64,000 nt of DNA, taken from Escherichia phage teqskov. Positions 9,472 through 21,506 of the stretch are shown piece by piece. A program made the translations under genes and the position numbers. The DNA is taken from sequence record NC_054934.1; one strand, given 5' to 3'. The notes below the pieces were generated by a model, which searched no databases, was not told where the DNA came from, and saw only the letters and a program-made list of their open reading frames with translations. The first letter of the stretch is position 1, and every line of letters begins with the position of its first letter.

Positions 9472-10983
9472 TTATAAATTAACTGTTTTCATTACGTAAT
9501 TAAATTTTTCATCTGCGTAGCGCTGAATACGATCAATGCCATGTTTTAAAAGATAGTTCAAATGAACGTATTTCTTTTTCGTATTAGCAGATTTTGGTTT
9601 AACACCGCAATCATCGATGAGGTCCCAGACCGTTGCGATTGTTTTAGAACCATGCTTACGTAATACGCGACCTATTGTTTGCAATACAATAATTTTAGAT
9701 TTAACACCGTGCGCTAAAACAACGTGATGCAGATTTTTAACTGAAATACCAGTAGAAAATACACCATAACTAGCTACTATAATTATTCCTTTACCATTTT
9801 CAGCTAAGGTTTTCATTATATTGCGGGTTTCGGTATCAACTTCCCCTGATACGTAATAAACTTTATCGTATTCATTTTTAATTAAATCGAAAATAGCTTT
9901 ACCATGTGATACATGTTTAAACATGACAAAAGCGTTTTCATCTTTTTGCGCAAGCTTAATAGCTAATTTAGCGATCCATTTATTTCTTTTACTAAGCCCA
10001 GTAATAATTTTTATTTCTTCTTGATAAGTTTTTCCCTTTAATTTAGTAGTGAACTCATCTGGATAGCGAAGAAAAATACTATTAATTTTTAGCTCAGTTA
10101 CTTGTCCATCTTCCATTAATTTAGAAGTCGTTACTGGCTTAAATATTTCACCAAACATTCCAACATACTGCATGATATTAGCTTTGCCATCACGTAATGA
10201 ACCTGATAGACCAAATTTAAACATACAGTTATTTAATCCTGATATGATAGATGAAATACTTTTTCCTGTAGCAAGATGGCATTCATCATTCATCATCATT
10301 CCAAATTGTGAGAACCATTCTTTTGGTTGTTTTACTACAGTTTGCCATGTACCAACAACGACTGGTGCATCATTTTTATATTTATCATCTTTTGATGCTC
10401 CGCCGCCAATTTTCTTTATCATTGCATGGCTGAATAAACGATAGTCGACGAAGTCATCAGCCATCTGAGTTGTTAAGGCAGTTGTTGGAACAATGATAAG
10501 AATTTTACCTTCATAATTTTCCAAATAATATCGCGCAAGCAAAGCTTGAATTAAAGATTTACCTGCAGATGTTGGAAGATTAAGAATTCTACGACGATTA
10601 ACTAATCCTTCGAACACTGCATCTTTTTGATACCAGTGCGGTTCAATTCTTTTATTTCCTGAATAGATTTCTAATTTAGAAAGCCATTCATCAAAATCTT
10701 TTCTTGATAATTCTTCTTTTTCGTTAATTTGCGGGTCAATCCAGGCTTTATAGCCAAAGTTATCACAGAACTTTTTAATTTGCCCGACTAAGCCGAATGG
10801 AAGAAGACGATTATAATCTAAAAGACGGATTCGTCCATCCCAGTGGCCATATTTGTATTTCGGATTAAAACGATACCCATCAGCTTCAAAGCTAAAGAAA
10901 TCACGGAGTTCATGAAATGTACTTTCTTCACAATCAATTCTCACGTGACTAAAATCATAAAAATGTACTTTAATGTCAGTCAT
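9472..10983 (-). CDS. uvsW: UvsW DNA/RNA helicase (SF2)
   Basis: 503 aa; helicase motifs (GKS Walker A, DECH); synteny inh-uvsW. Confidence 0.85.
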   Translation of the reverse strand: MTDIKVHFYDFSHVRIDCEESTFHELRDFFSFEADGYRFNPKYKYGHWDGRIRLLDYNRLLPFGLVGQIKKFCDNFGYKAWIDPQINEKEELSRKDFDEWLSKLEIYSGNKRIEPHWYQKDAVFEGLVNRRRILNLPTSAGKSLIQALLARYYLENYEGKILIIVPTTALTTQMADDFVDYRLFSHAMIKKIGGGASKDDKYKNDAPVVVGTWQTVVKQPKEWFSQFGMMMNDECHLATGKSISSIISGLNNCMFKFGLSGSLRDGKANIMQYVGMFGEIFKPVTTSKLMEDGQVTELKINSIFLRYPDEFTTKLKGKTYQEEIKIITGLSKRNKWIAKLAIKLAQKDENAFVMFKHVSHGKAIFDLIKNEYDKVYYVSGEVDTETRNIMKTLAENGKGIIIVASYGVFSTGISVKNLHHVVLAHGVKSKIIVLQTIGRVLRKHGSKTIATVWDLIDDCGVKPKSANTKKKYVHLNYLLKHGIDRIQRYADEKFNYVMKTVNL

Positions 10984-11033
10984 GTCTAAATACCATGTAA
11001 TAAATATATCTATATTTATACTGAGGAAATATT

Positions 11034-11714
11034 ATGATAGATAAAGATTATATTGCAGAGCTGAAGGCTCTTGATGATAATAAAGAAGCTAAAGCTAAAT
11101 TAGCTGAATACGCTGAACAGTTTGGTATAAAGGTCAAAAAGAATAAATCTTTTGATAATATCGTTGTTGATATTGAAGAAGCCCTCCAGAAGCTCGCTAG
11201 TGAACCTATGCCAGAGACTGATGGGTTATCTATTAAAGACTTAATTGATGCTGCTGATGCCGCAGAGGGATTAAAATATGACGATGGAGAAGTCAATCCA
11301 GAAGCAGCACTTCTGATTGATTCTCCGGTTAAATCTGACATTAAAATTGAAGTAGTAGAAACGGATAAAATTCCTGAAAATACCGATGTTTTGATTGAAG
11401 ATACTCCCTTTGTTGAAGAAAAATTTGAACAGGCTGTAGCTGAGATTATTGAATCTGAAAAGCCGTCTGTATTTACTCTTCCAGAAAACTTTAGTCCGAA
11501 TCTTCAACTGATTGGAAAAAATCCAGGATTCTGTACTGTTCCTTGGTGGATTTATCAATGGATTGCTGAAACTCCTGATTGGAAATCTCACCCAACTAGT
11601 TTTGAACATGCGTCAGCACACCAAACTTTATTTAGTTTAATTTATTACATTAACCGTGACGGATCAGTTTTAATTCGTGAAACACGCAATTCTTCTTTCG
11701 TAACATTAAAATAA
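11034..11714 (+). CDS. inh: inhibitor of prohead protease Inh
   Basis: 226 aa as T4 Inh; synteny next to hoc. Confidence 0.7.
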   Translation: MIDKDYIAELKALDDNKEAKAKLAEYAEQFGIKVKKNKSFDNIVVDIEEALQKLASEPMPETDGLSIKDLIDAADAAEGLKYDDGEVNPEAALLIDSPVKSDIKIEVVETDKIPENTDVLIEDTPFVEEKFEQAVAEIIESEKPSVFTLPENFSPNLQLIGKNPGFCTVPWWIYQWIAETPDWKSHPTSFEHASAHQTLFSLIYYINRDGSVLIRETRNSSFVTLK

Positions 11715-11723
11715 GGATAACTT

Positions 11724-13142
11724 ATGGCTTTTACAGTTGATATAACTCCTAAAACACCTACTGGAGTTATAGATCAGACTCAGCAGTTTACTGCTACACC
11801 CAGTGGTCAAACTGGAGATGGACCTATTACATATGCTTGGACTGTAGATGATGTTCCACAAGATGGAGCTGAAGCAACTTTTAATTATGTATTAAAAGGA
11901 CCTGCCGGTCAAAAGACTATTAAAGTAGTTGCAACAAACCAAGTCCCAGATACTGATGCTGAAACAGCAGAAGCTACTACAACTATCACAGTTCAAAATA
12001 AGACACAAACGACCACCTTAGCTGTAACTCCTAATAGCCCTGACGCTGGAGTAATCGGAACAGCTATTGAATTTACTGCCGCTTTAGCTTCGCAGCCATC
12101 GGGCGCAAACGCTACTTATCAATGGTATGTAGATGATTCTCCTGTGGGCGAAGCAACTAACGCTACGTTCAATTACACTCCTGCCGAAAGCGGGGTAAAA
12201 AGAATTAAGTGTGTGGCTCAAGTAACTGCGACAGATTATGATGCACTAAGCGTTACTTCTAATGAAGTATCACTGACTGTTAATAAAAAGGAGCAGACAA
12301 CTACTTTGGCAGTAACTCCTGATAGTCCTCCAGCAGGAGTAATCGGAACCCCAGTTCAATTTACTGCTGCCTTAGCTTCTCAACCAGTTGGAGCGTCTGC
12401 TACTTATCAGTGGTATGTAGATGATTCACAAGTTGGTGGAGAAACTAACTCTACATTTAGCTATACTCCAACTACAAGTGGAGTAAAAAGAATTAAATGC
12501 GTAGCCCAAGTAACCGCGGCAGATTATGATGCAAAGGAAGTTACTTCTAATGAAGTATCATTAACGGTTAATAAGAAGACAATGAATCCACAGGTTACAT
12601 TGACTCCTCCTTCTATTAACGTTCAGCAAGATGCTTCGGCTACATTTACCGCTAATGTCACTGATGCTCCAGAAGAAGCGCAAATTGAGTATTCATGGAA
12701 GAAAGATTCTTCTCCTGTAGAAGGGTCAACTAATGTATATACCGTTGATACCTCATCTATTGGAAGTCAAACTATTGAAGTTACTGCAACTGTTACTGCT
12801 ACTGATTATGATAGCAAAACTATTACAGCAGAAGGTCAAGTTCAGGTAACTGATAAAGTTGCTCCAGAACCAGAAGGTGAATTACCTTATGTTCATCCTC
12901 TTCCACATCGTAGCTCAGCTTACATCTGGTGTGGTTGGTGGGTTATGGATGAAATCCAAAAAATGACTGAAGAAGGTAAAGATTGGAAAACTGAAGATCC
13001 AGATAGTAAATACTACCTGCATCGTTACACTCTTCAGAAGATGATGAAAGACTATCCAGAAGTTGATGTCCAAGAATCGCGTAATGGATACATCATTCAC
13101 AAAACTGCTTTAGAAACTGGTATCATCTATACCTATCCATAA
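11724..13142 (+). CDS. hoc: Hoc outer capsid decoration protein with an extra Ig-like domain
   Basis: 472 aa; N-terminal Ig-like repeats and C-terminal capsid-binding region (HPLPHRSSAYIWCGWW) recognised; one internal domain is tandemly duplicated. Confidence 0.85.
   Translation: MAFTVDITPKTPTGVIDQTQQFTATPSGQTGDGPITYAWTVDDVPQDGAEATFNYVLKGPAGQKTIKVVATNQVPDTDAETAEATTTITVQNKTQTTTLAVTPNSPDAGVIGTAIEFTAALASQPSGANATYQWYVDDSPVGEATNATFNYTPAESGVKRIKCVAQVTATDYDALSVTSNEVSLTVNKKEQTTTLAVTPDSPPAGVIGTPVQFTAALASQPVGASATYQWYVDDSQVGGETNSTFSYTPTTSGVKRIKCVAQVTAADYDAKEVTSNEVSLTVNKKTMNPQVTLTPPSINVQQDASATFTANVTDAPEEAQIEYSWKKDSSPVEGSTNVYTVDTSSIGSQTIEVTATVTATDYDSKTITAEGQVQVTDKVAPEPEGELPYVHPLPHRSSAYIWCGWWVMDEIQKMTEEGKDWKTEDPDSKYYLHRYTLQKMMKDYPEVDVQESRNGYIIHKTALETGIIYTYP
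12003..12575 (+). repeat. tandem duplication (two units of about 285 bp) inside hoc encoding two consecutive Ig-like domains
   Basis: units TQTTTLAVTPNSPDAGVIG...SLTVNKK (12003-12290) and EQTTTLAVTPDSPPAGVIG...SLTVNKK (12291-12575); diverged at nucleotide level, protein near-identical. Confidence 0.8.
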
Positions 13143-13148
13143 TCATAA

Positions 13149-13168
13149 GGGGCTTCGGCCCCTTTCTT
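13149..13168 (+). terminator. rho-independent terminator after hoc (GGGGC-TTCG-GCCCC then TTTC)
   Basis: UUCG tetraloop hairpin plus T-rich tail. Confidence 0.65.
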
Positions 13169-13231
13169 CATTTTGAAAGCACACAAAACACAATCAGAAA
13201 ATGATGTATATAATTGCACCAACTCGATAAC

Positions 13232-13447
13232 ATGAGATTGATTATGAGAACTGAGGTTGTGGTGTTTACTCTTCATGAGTCTGGAAAGTCATTCATTGAA
13301 ATTGCTCGTGAATTAAACTTACAGGTGAAAGAAGTGGCTGTATTATGGGCTCGAGCTATGACTGCTAAGAATAAATTTGAAACTCGAGAAAAAGTTGTCT
13401 ATAGAAAAAGACATATCAATAAAAAGGTGAAAAATGGAACAGTATGA
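13232..13447 (+). CDS. hypothetical small protein, possible helix-turn-helix
   Basis: ORF-track start is TTG; first ATG at 13232; segment SFIEIARELNLQVKEV is HTH-like. Confidence 0.45.
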   Translation: MRLIMRTEVVVFTLHESGKSFIEIARELNLQVKEVAVLWARAMTAKNKFETREKVVYRKRHINKKVKNGTV

Positions 13448-13712
13448 TCTTTATGAAAATGAATCTTTTGCTAATCAATTACGCGAAAAAGCATTCAAAA
13501 GTAAACAGTTTAAGCTAGAGTGTTTTATTAAAGATTTTTCGGAACTTGCTAATAAAGCAGCTGAACAAGGTAAAACACATTTTAATTATTATTGTATTGC
13601 TCGTGATAAATTGATTACTGAAGAAATTGGTGATTGGCTGAGAAAAGAAGGATTCAGCTTTAAAGTCAATAGTGATCAGCGTGATGGTGATTGGTTAGAA
13701 ATTACATTTTGA
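13434..13712 (+). CDS. hypothetical protein (92 aa)
   Basis: ORF between hoc and rnlB in the position of T4 24.2/24.3. Confidence 0.5.
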   Translation: MEQYDLYENESFANQLREKAFKSKQFKLECFIKDFSELANKAAEQGKTHFNYYCIARDKLITEEIGDWLRKEGFSFKVNSDQRDGDWLEITF

Positions 13713-13721
13713 GGATTAATT

Positions 13722-14726
13722 ATGTTTAAAAAGTATAGCAGTCTTGAAAATCATTACAACTCTAAATTTATTGAAAAACTTTATAGTTTGGGATTGACTG
13801 GTGGGGAATGGGTAGCTCGTGAAAAGATTCACGGCACAAATTTCTCGTTGATTATTGAGCGTGATAAAGTGACTTGCGCTAAACGTACTGGCCCCATTCT
13901 TCCTGCTGAAGATTTCTTTGGGTATGAAATTATTTTAAAGAATTACGCTGATTCCATTAAAGCAGTACAAGATATTATGGAAACCTCAGCGGTTGTATCT
14001 TATCAAGTCTTTGGCGAATTCGCTGGACCTGGCATTCAGAAGAATGTCGATTATGGCGATAAAGATTTTTATGTATTTGACATTATTGTCACTACAGAAA
14101 GCGGCGATGTGACTTATGTCGACGATTATATGATGGAATCATTCTGTAATACATTTAAATTTAAAATGGCTCCACTTTTAGGTCGTGGTAAATTTGAAGA
14201 GCTTATTAAATTGCAAAATGATTTAGATTCTGTCGTCCAAGATTATAATTTTACAGTAGACCATGCTGGATTAGTTGATGCAAATAAATGCGTTTGGAAT
14301 GCCGAAGCAAAAGGCGAAGTATTTACCGCTGAAGGATATGTATTGAAACCTTGTTATCCTTCTTGGCTTCGTAATGGAAATCGTGTAGCAATTAAATGCA
14401 AGAATTCCAAATTTAGTGAAAAGAAAAAGTCCGATAAGCCTATTAAAGCTAAAGTTGAACTATCAGAAGCTGATAACAAATTGGTGGGAATTTTAGCTTG
14501 TTACGTTACACTGAACCGAGTAAATAACGTTATTTCTAAAATTGGCGAAATTGGTCCTAAAGATTTTGGAAAGGTGATGGGGCTAACTGTTCAAGATATT
14601 TTGGAAGAAACTTCTCGTGAAGGTATTACTCTAACTCAAGCAGATAATCCTTCTTTGATTAAGAAGGAATTAGTTAAAATGGTACAAGATGTACTTCGTC
14701 CAGCTTGGATTGAGTTGGTGAGCTAA
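13722..14726 (+). CDS. rnlB: RNA ligase 2 (Rnl2)
   Basis: 334 aa as T4 Rnl2; nucleotidyltransferase lysine motif K-I-H-G-T-N-F. Confidence 0.85.
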   Translation: MFKKYSSLENHYNSKFIEKLYSLGLTGGEWVAREKIHGTNFSLIIERDKVTCAKRTGPILPAEDFFGYEIILKNYADSIKAVQDIMETSAVVSYQVFGEFAGPGIQKNVDYGDKDFYVFDIIVTTESGDVTYVDDYMMESFCNTFKFKMAPLLGRGKFEELIKLQNDLDSVVQDYNFTVDHAGLVDANKCVWNAEAKGEVFTAEGYVLKPCYPSWLRNGNRVAIKCKNSKFSEKKKSDKPIKAKVELSEADNKLVGILACYVTLNRVNNVISKIGEIGPKDFGKVMGLTVQDILEETSREGITLTQADNPSLIKKELVKMVQDVLRPAWIELVS

Positions 14727-14733
14727 ATAAAAA

Positions 14734-14749
14734 GGGACCGAAAGGTCCC
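14734..14749. terminator. hairpin GGGACC-GAAA-GGTCCC between convergent rnlB and gene 24
   Basis: GNRA tetraloop hairpin flanked by A/T runs on both sides. Confidence 0.65.
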
Positions 14750-14755
14750 TTTGCT

Positions 14756-16039
14756 TTATTCATCAATAATAATTTTTGGTAATTTAACACCTAATAAAAC
14801 AGACAAATCTGAACGACCAGCCATTTTATCCATGTCTCCACCGTCAATTATTCTTGCTTCTTTTTCATCTTTTGCTACGGTATAAGGATTTGCTGATAAA
14901 GCATATCTAACTAATAAACCGATAGACGGCTGTAAGCTTTCTGGATCAACAACAACTTTAAATGCACCTACATGTTCAGGGTCATCTAAGTCGAGACCTT
15001 CTGTATACGGAGCATAGAAAATTGATCCAACAATTTCTTTTTCACCGATATTTTCTACTACACCAACGATTACATAATCTAATGGGCTGTTAGTATCGCA
15101 ATAAAGCGGTAAACCATTAGCTAAGAACCCGTAGGCATTTTGTGAAAGATATTTATCATCTTCCGGTTTATGTTTTAACCAACCTGATGCAGCAAGAATC
15201 GCAGCAGCACGAGCTGAAGCAACACAAAACGTTGCTGTATAAGTTGATTCTTTTTGGATATGCGAAACCATTTCACATACCATTCGGTATAATGAACGAC
15301 CCGCTTCAGGTGCAGATGCATAACTCAAATCAATGAATCCAGTGTCAGTAATTCCTGTAACTTTATAACGTTTTGATACTGTAATCAAAGACTGCAGAAT
15401 ATCTTTATTGATTTCATCTGCCATTTCAGTTGCAAGCAAATCTTCCAAGAAATTAGGAGCATCGAATCCATTTGCTTCTAAATCTTGTGCTAATTCAACT
15501 GTGATGCCAGTTTTAAGTTTACGAGATTTAACGGCGGTTTGCCATTTATTAATCTGGAATCTAGCATCCGCAATTTCACTATCAGAGCTTTCAAATTTGC
15601 TTGTTGATGCTGCGTCAGAAAATAGACGAACCTTTAAAAGAACAATTGCAATCTGAAGAGCTAATTCTAAATCGCTTTCTTCAATATCAGCAAATGGAGT
15701 ATCTTCTAATACTTTATAAACGATATTATTATATTTGAATAAATCGCCTTTATTGAGAGTTAATTTAGACTCTTCTGTCAATTCTGTGATTTGTTCTCGG
15801 TCTACATATCCAGCTTCGCCAGCGTAAGTAGCACCAGTTTTAAATGTAAATTCATTGTCTGGGTTAAGGTATTTGATACCATAAAAAGCAGCAACAGGTT
15901 GATTAGTTCTTTGCGTTGCTACAATGTCAGAATATATTAATTTAGTGGTAGCGCGAGTCAAAGCAACGAGATTTGGGCGACCGATTGAGTTGCTATTCGT
16001 TGTGGTTGATTCGCGCAGAAGTTCGTTGATTTTAGCCAT
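14756..16039 (-). CDS. 24: head vertex protein gp24
   Basis: 427 aa as T4 gp24; paralogous to gp23. Confidence 0.9.
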   Translation of the reverse strand: MAKINELLRESTTTNSNSIGRPNLVALTRATTKLIYSDIVATQRTNQPVAAFYGIKYLNPDNEFTFKTGATYAGEAGYVDREQITELTEESKLTLNKGDLFKYNNIVYKVLEDTPFADIEESDLELALQIAIVLLKVRLFSDAASTSKFESSDSEIADARFQINKWQTAVKSRKLKTGITVELAQDLEANGFDAPNFLEDLLATEMADEINKDILQSLITVSKRYKVTGITDTGFIDLSYASAPEAGRSLYRMVCEMVSHIQKESTYTATFCVASARAAAILAASGWLKHKPEDDKYLSQNAYGFLANGLPLYCDTNSPLDYVIVGVVENIGEKEIVGSIFYAPYTEGLDLDDPEHVGAFKVVVDPESLQPSIGLLVRYALSANPYTVAKDEKEARIIDGGDMDKMAGRSDLSVLLGVKLPKIIIDE

Positions 16040-16066
16040 TGCGCTTTCCTTTCAGTTTATATGATT

Positions 16067-16074
16067 TATTTATA
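16067..16074 (-). promoter_or_regulatory. late promoter TATAAATA upstream of gene 24
   Basis: octamer 28 nt upstream of start codon on minus strand. Confidence 0.55.
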
Positions 16075-16091
16075 CCATAAAAACAACTAAA

Positions 16092-16107
16092 GGGACCCGA
16101 AGGTCCC
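16092..16107 (-). terminator. hairpin GGGACC-CGAA-GGTCCC between gene 23 and gene 24
   Basis: GC stem with tetraloop immediately 3' of the major capsid gene. Confidence 0.55.
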
Positions 16108-16122
16108 TTAAATCGTCAAAGA

Positions 16123-17688
16123 TTAGATACCTTTAACATATACACGGCGGAAGTAAGCGTTCTTACCAAGGCTGTTCAGGATAGAAGGCATACCACTCTG
16201 AATGCGAGAAGCCGGAGCCTGAGCAGCGGATTCTGCAAATGGGTTGATACCGATACCGTAACGAGTTTTGAATCCCATTACTGGTTGGAAGTTCTTCGGA
16301 TCGGAACCACGCAGCGGAGTCAGAGCTACATATGGAGCATAGTAAATACCAGCATCCATTTCGTTCGGACCTTTATAACCTACAGTGAAATAATCCTGTT
16401 TAGCATACTGGTCGATATATACGCGGTATTTACCACCCAGAACACCAGCAAATACTGACTTGGTAGTATCAGTGTTAAAGCCGGTAGCCAGACCTTGTGC
16501 AGCATAAGAAATGCCAGTATCAACTGAAGCCAGAACGTTAACTACGTTACGGGAAGCGATAATGAAGTTACCTTCACCACGACCGGTCTGACGAGCAATT
16601 TCAACTGCTTCTTTGTCAATCTGGAACAACAGAGCTTTAAAGGATTCACCTGCCCAGCGAGCACCACGAATATCGATTGGGTCCTGGAAGTCAAATACAC
16701 CAGCTTTAGAACCCGGAGTCAGGGTCATACCAGATTTACCAACCTGTGCAGAGTAGTTAATCCAATCAACAACTTCACGGTTGATTTCCAGCATAATTTC
16801 TGTAGCCAGAATACCAGACAGTTCAGCATCAGCATCCATACCGTGAACAGCGCGGAGGTCTTGTGCTAATTCAATAGAGTAAGCAGCTTTCAGCTGACGA
16901 GATTTAGCTTCGATAACTTGCTTATCGATACGGAAGCCCATTTCATTCCATGGGTTATCGGTAGAACCATTGAAACCTTCCTGGAGTTCAGCGATAGAAG
17001 TAGCCATACCTTCAGCGATTTCTACCAGTGTACCAGCTTCCATTTGTTTCTTAATTTCAGCATCTAATTTAGCAGCATCAGTCGCGCCAGCATCGATTGT
17101 TACTTGAACAGAAGCTTGCAGATATACAGTACCAGTTTCCTGGAAGAAGTGAGTATAGATATCACCTACTGTGGTTTGTGTGCTAGCAGCCAGAGCTGGG
17201 AATTTCTTAGCAGCACCCTGACCAGAGAACATTGCATCTGGACCATACATTGGGTGGAATGCTTCTTTAGCGCCGGAAGCGATTGGGTCTTTACCATATA
17301 CCGCACGAAGTGCGAATACCTGACCAGTCGGGCTGTTCATCGGCTGAACACCACAAATATCGAAAGCAATCAGGTTAGGAATAGCACGACGTACCATACC
17401 CATAACAGCTGGGCCAATCTGAGTTACTGCGCCAGAAGTCTGACCTGCAGCGATGTTGGTAGCATTGTAACCGTGGTCACCACCGATTTCAGCTTCTGTT
17501 AAGAAAGAACCAAATGCCTGAGCAATTTTTTCGTCTTTATATTCTGGAGCTGTCTGGAAATCTTTTTCCTGGTTTTCAAAGATTTTAGCGATAATCGCTT
17601 GTTTGCTATTAGCAATTTCCGGTAAACCTTCACCTTCCAGTAATGGCTTCCATTTGTTCAAAAGTTCAGCTTTAGTTTTGATAGTCAT
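16123..17688 (-). CDS. 23: major capsid protein gp23
   Basis: 521 aa as T4 gp23; sequence recognised. Confidence 0.95.
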   Translation of the reverse strand: MTIKTKAELLNKWKPLLEGEGLPEIANSKQAIIAKIFENQEKDFQTAPEYKDEKIAQAFGSFLTEAEIGGDHGYNATNIAAGQTSGAVTQIGPAVMGMVRRAIPNLIAFDICGVQPMNSPTGQVFALRAVYGKDPIASGAKEAFHPMYGPDAMFSGQGAAKKFPALAASTQTTVGDIYTHFFQETGTVYLQASVQVTIDAGATDAAKLDAEIKKQMEAGTLVEIAEGMATSIAELQEGFNGSTDNPWNEMGFRIDKQVIEAKSRQLKAAYSIELAQDLRAVHGMDADAELSGILATEIMLEINREVVDWINYSAQVGKSGMTLTPGSKAGVFDFQDPIDIRGARWAGESFKALLFQIDKEAVEIARQTGRGEGNFIIASRNVVNVLASVDTGISYAAQGLATGFNTDTTKSVFAGVLGGKYRVYIDQYAKQDYFTVGYKGPNEMDAGIYYAPYVALTPLRGSDPKNFQPVMGFKTRYGIGINPFAESAAQAPASRIQSGMPSILNSLGKNAYFRRVYVKGI

Positions 17689-17706
17689 TTGTGTTAACCT
17701 TTAAAA

Positions 17707-18516
17707 TTAGAAACGAGATGCGACTTTCGCATATACACTTACAATATCTTCTGCACCCTGTGCAGCTTTATCTTCTACAGCTTCAGTGACGAAATTCAGT
17801 CCGGCTGCTTCAGTATCAGGAGTATTTATACTCTCAGTAATAGTGCTTTCATCTTTATTAGATTTCTTCACCATTTCTACGATTGCACTCAATTTACTTG
17901 AGAATGCATCTGAATAATCCATACCTTCGACCAGAGCAGAGACTTTTTCTTTTTGAGACTCAGTCAGATCTTTAGTACTTTCGCTCAATGCCACTTCACG
18001 CTGCACATAATTGATATATGCGTCACGCTTATTGAGTTCTTCGAACAGACGAGCTGATTCTTCTTTATGTTCTTGCAGCTCTTCTTCCATTTCAGCTACA
18101 ACATCAACTGATTCTTCTGGAACAACAACGTTGTGTTCAACAAAGAGCTCTTTTAATCCACCAAGCATGGATTCAAACAGTTCGGCTTTGATGCCTTTAT
18201 CAACTGCTAATTTATTTTCAGCGAGCCATTCTTTTGCAAGATGGTCAATGAATTTAGAAGCTTGCTCAGCGATTTTCTTCTCAGCTTTTTCTTCGGCTTC
18301 TTCTTTATTTTTTTCTACTTCTTCTTCTGCTTTTTCAGCAATTTTAGCGATATGAGATTCAGCTAATTTAACGGCGTGCTGCTTGACGGTAGCTTCGAAT
18401 ACAGTGCCGAAAGTTTCTTTTGCTTCCGGAGAAATATTAACTGATTCGAAAATACTATCAAGAGCAACGGAAGCATCAATTTTCTGCGCTTCGGCAATCA
18501 GTTGTTCTTTAAGCAT
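17707..18516 (-). CDS. 22: prohead scaffolding core protein gp22
   Basis: 269 aa; acidic coiled-coil; synteny. Confidence 0.85.
   Translation of the reverse strand: MLKEQLIAEAQKIDASVALDSIFESVNISPEAKETFGTVFEATVKQHAVKLAESHIAKIAEKAEEEVEKNKEEAEEKAEKKIAEQASKFIDHLAKEWLAENKLAVDKGIKAELFESMLGGLKELFVEHNVVVPEESVDVVAEMEEELQEHKEESARLFEELNKRDAYINYVQREVALSESTKDLTESQKEKVSALVEGMDYSDAFSSKLSAIVEMVKKSNKDESTITESINTPDTEAAGLNFVTEAVEDKAAQGAEDIVSVYAKVASRF
17823..17830 (-). promoter_or_regulatory. candidate late promoter TATAAATA inside the 3' end of gene 22, upstream of gene 23
   Basis: octamer about 135 nt upstream of gene 23 start. Confidence 0.4.
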
Positions 18517-18546
18517 TTTGTAGTCCTGTTGTTTAGATAATAATAT

Positions 18547-19185
18547 TTATAACGCTTTTTTCATGGCCTCTGCGAGAGCCATATAGGCGTCATCGGCACT
18601 TGTATCGGCTTCCGCCGTCTGTGATTCGGTAATTTCCTTAGGAGTTACCCATGCATCTGGAGCACTTGGACCCCATACTGCATCAACACCTACAGTTAAT
18701 TTGAATCCTTCGTTTACGATACGATAACCTTTATTTGTGTCAGTCAATGAACCTAATCCACGAGAAGAAACTCCTGGAATCCATCCGGCACGAATATTAG
18801 CTGCTAATTTATCTCCAGGACCATGGTCACCTTCAATAACACGAGCTCGTCCGTATACGTCATTTCCTTTCCACCACATATCTTCTATAATGATAGCGGC
18901 TTGCATCGGGTCAACATTAGCGCGTGGAGGATGATTTAATTCTCCGAGAGCTTGTTTAGTTAAAACTTGCTCATTAATATAGTCTTTTACCGCTTTTTCT
19001 AATATACGTTTTGGATAAAGACGTTTATTTCTATTGACGACTTCCGCTTGCATGAATATTCCTTCGATGTATAAACCCGGTTTTAAACCTAAGTCTTTTC
19101 CATCGTGAGATTCAAGCATTGGCACGCCATCAATAATTTCGCCAGGTTGACCCCAAGTTTCAATTAGTAATTGGGGTTCATTCAT
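18547..19185 (-). CDS. 21: prohead protease gp21
   Basis: 212 aa as T4 gp21; synteny. Confidence 0.9.
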   Translation of the reverse strand: MNEPQLLIETWGQPGEIIDGVPMLESHDGKDLGLKPGLYIEGIFMQAEVVNRNKRLYPKRILEKAVKDYINEQVLTKQALGELNHPPRANVDPMQAAIIIEDMWWKGNDVYGRARVIEGDHGPGDKLAANIRAGWIPGVSSRGLGSLTDTNKGYRIVNEGFKLTVGVDAVWGPSAPDAWVTPKEITESQTAEADTSADDAYMALAEAMKKAL

Positions 19186-19610
19186 TAGCTTAATCCTAAT
19201 GCTTTACGGCGTTTAAGAGCTTTTTTACGCTTACGCTGAGCACGAGATTGACCTGCTGGATTGGCAATCTTCGTTTTGGTAGCTTTACGAGCAATTTGTC
19301 TACGTTTTGCTTTAGACAGCCCAGTGGTTTGAAATGCATTACGTTCACGCGTTTTGCGGTCTTTAGTGCGAGTAATTTCACCACGGGCAGAAACATGTTT
19401 AACGATGAATTCATTTAACGGCATATTTTCATTAATAGAAGCTAATGCAACCGCTAAATCAGTTTCATCATCAAGCATATTCTCGACAATTGTATTTATA
19501 TCGTCTTTATTTAAAGCAGAAGACAATTCGTCAAAGCGACCCTGTGCTTCAGGAATAAGTGCTTCGACATTCTCGAGAACTAATTCATGAGTTTCAGGGA
19601 TCAGAAGCAT
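19185..19610 (-). CDS. 68: prohead core protein gp68
   Basis: 141 aa; basic C-terminus; synteny. Confidence 0.7.
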
Positions 19611-19848
19611 TATTCATCATCCTCGTCTTCGTCAGAGTCTTTGTCTTTTTTGTCGTCTTTATCATCACTATCTTCGTCTTCGTCATCATCCTCATCATCA
19701 GGTTCTTCACCTTCGATTAAGAAATTGCGAGCGATAGCGATTTTTTCTTCTTTAATTAAATCAATCGTTCTTGCAGCCATGGCTTCAGCAAAGAATTTAC
19801 GAGCGGCTACGAGGTCGTTTGATTTAATAGCTTCAATTAAACCTTCCA

Positions 19849-19849
<1 letters not shown>
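19610..19849 (-). CDS. 67: prohead core protein gp67
   Basis: 79 aa with poly-Asp/Glu C-terminus; synteny. Confidence 0.7.
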
Positions 19850-21474
<1,625 letters not shown>

Positions 21475-21506
21475 TTAAGCAGGATGGGGATTTCTCCCCA
21501 TTCATT

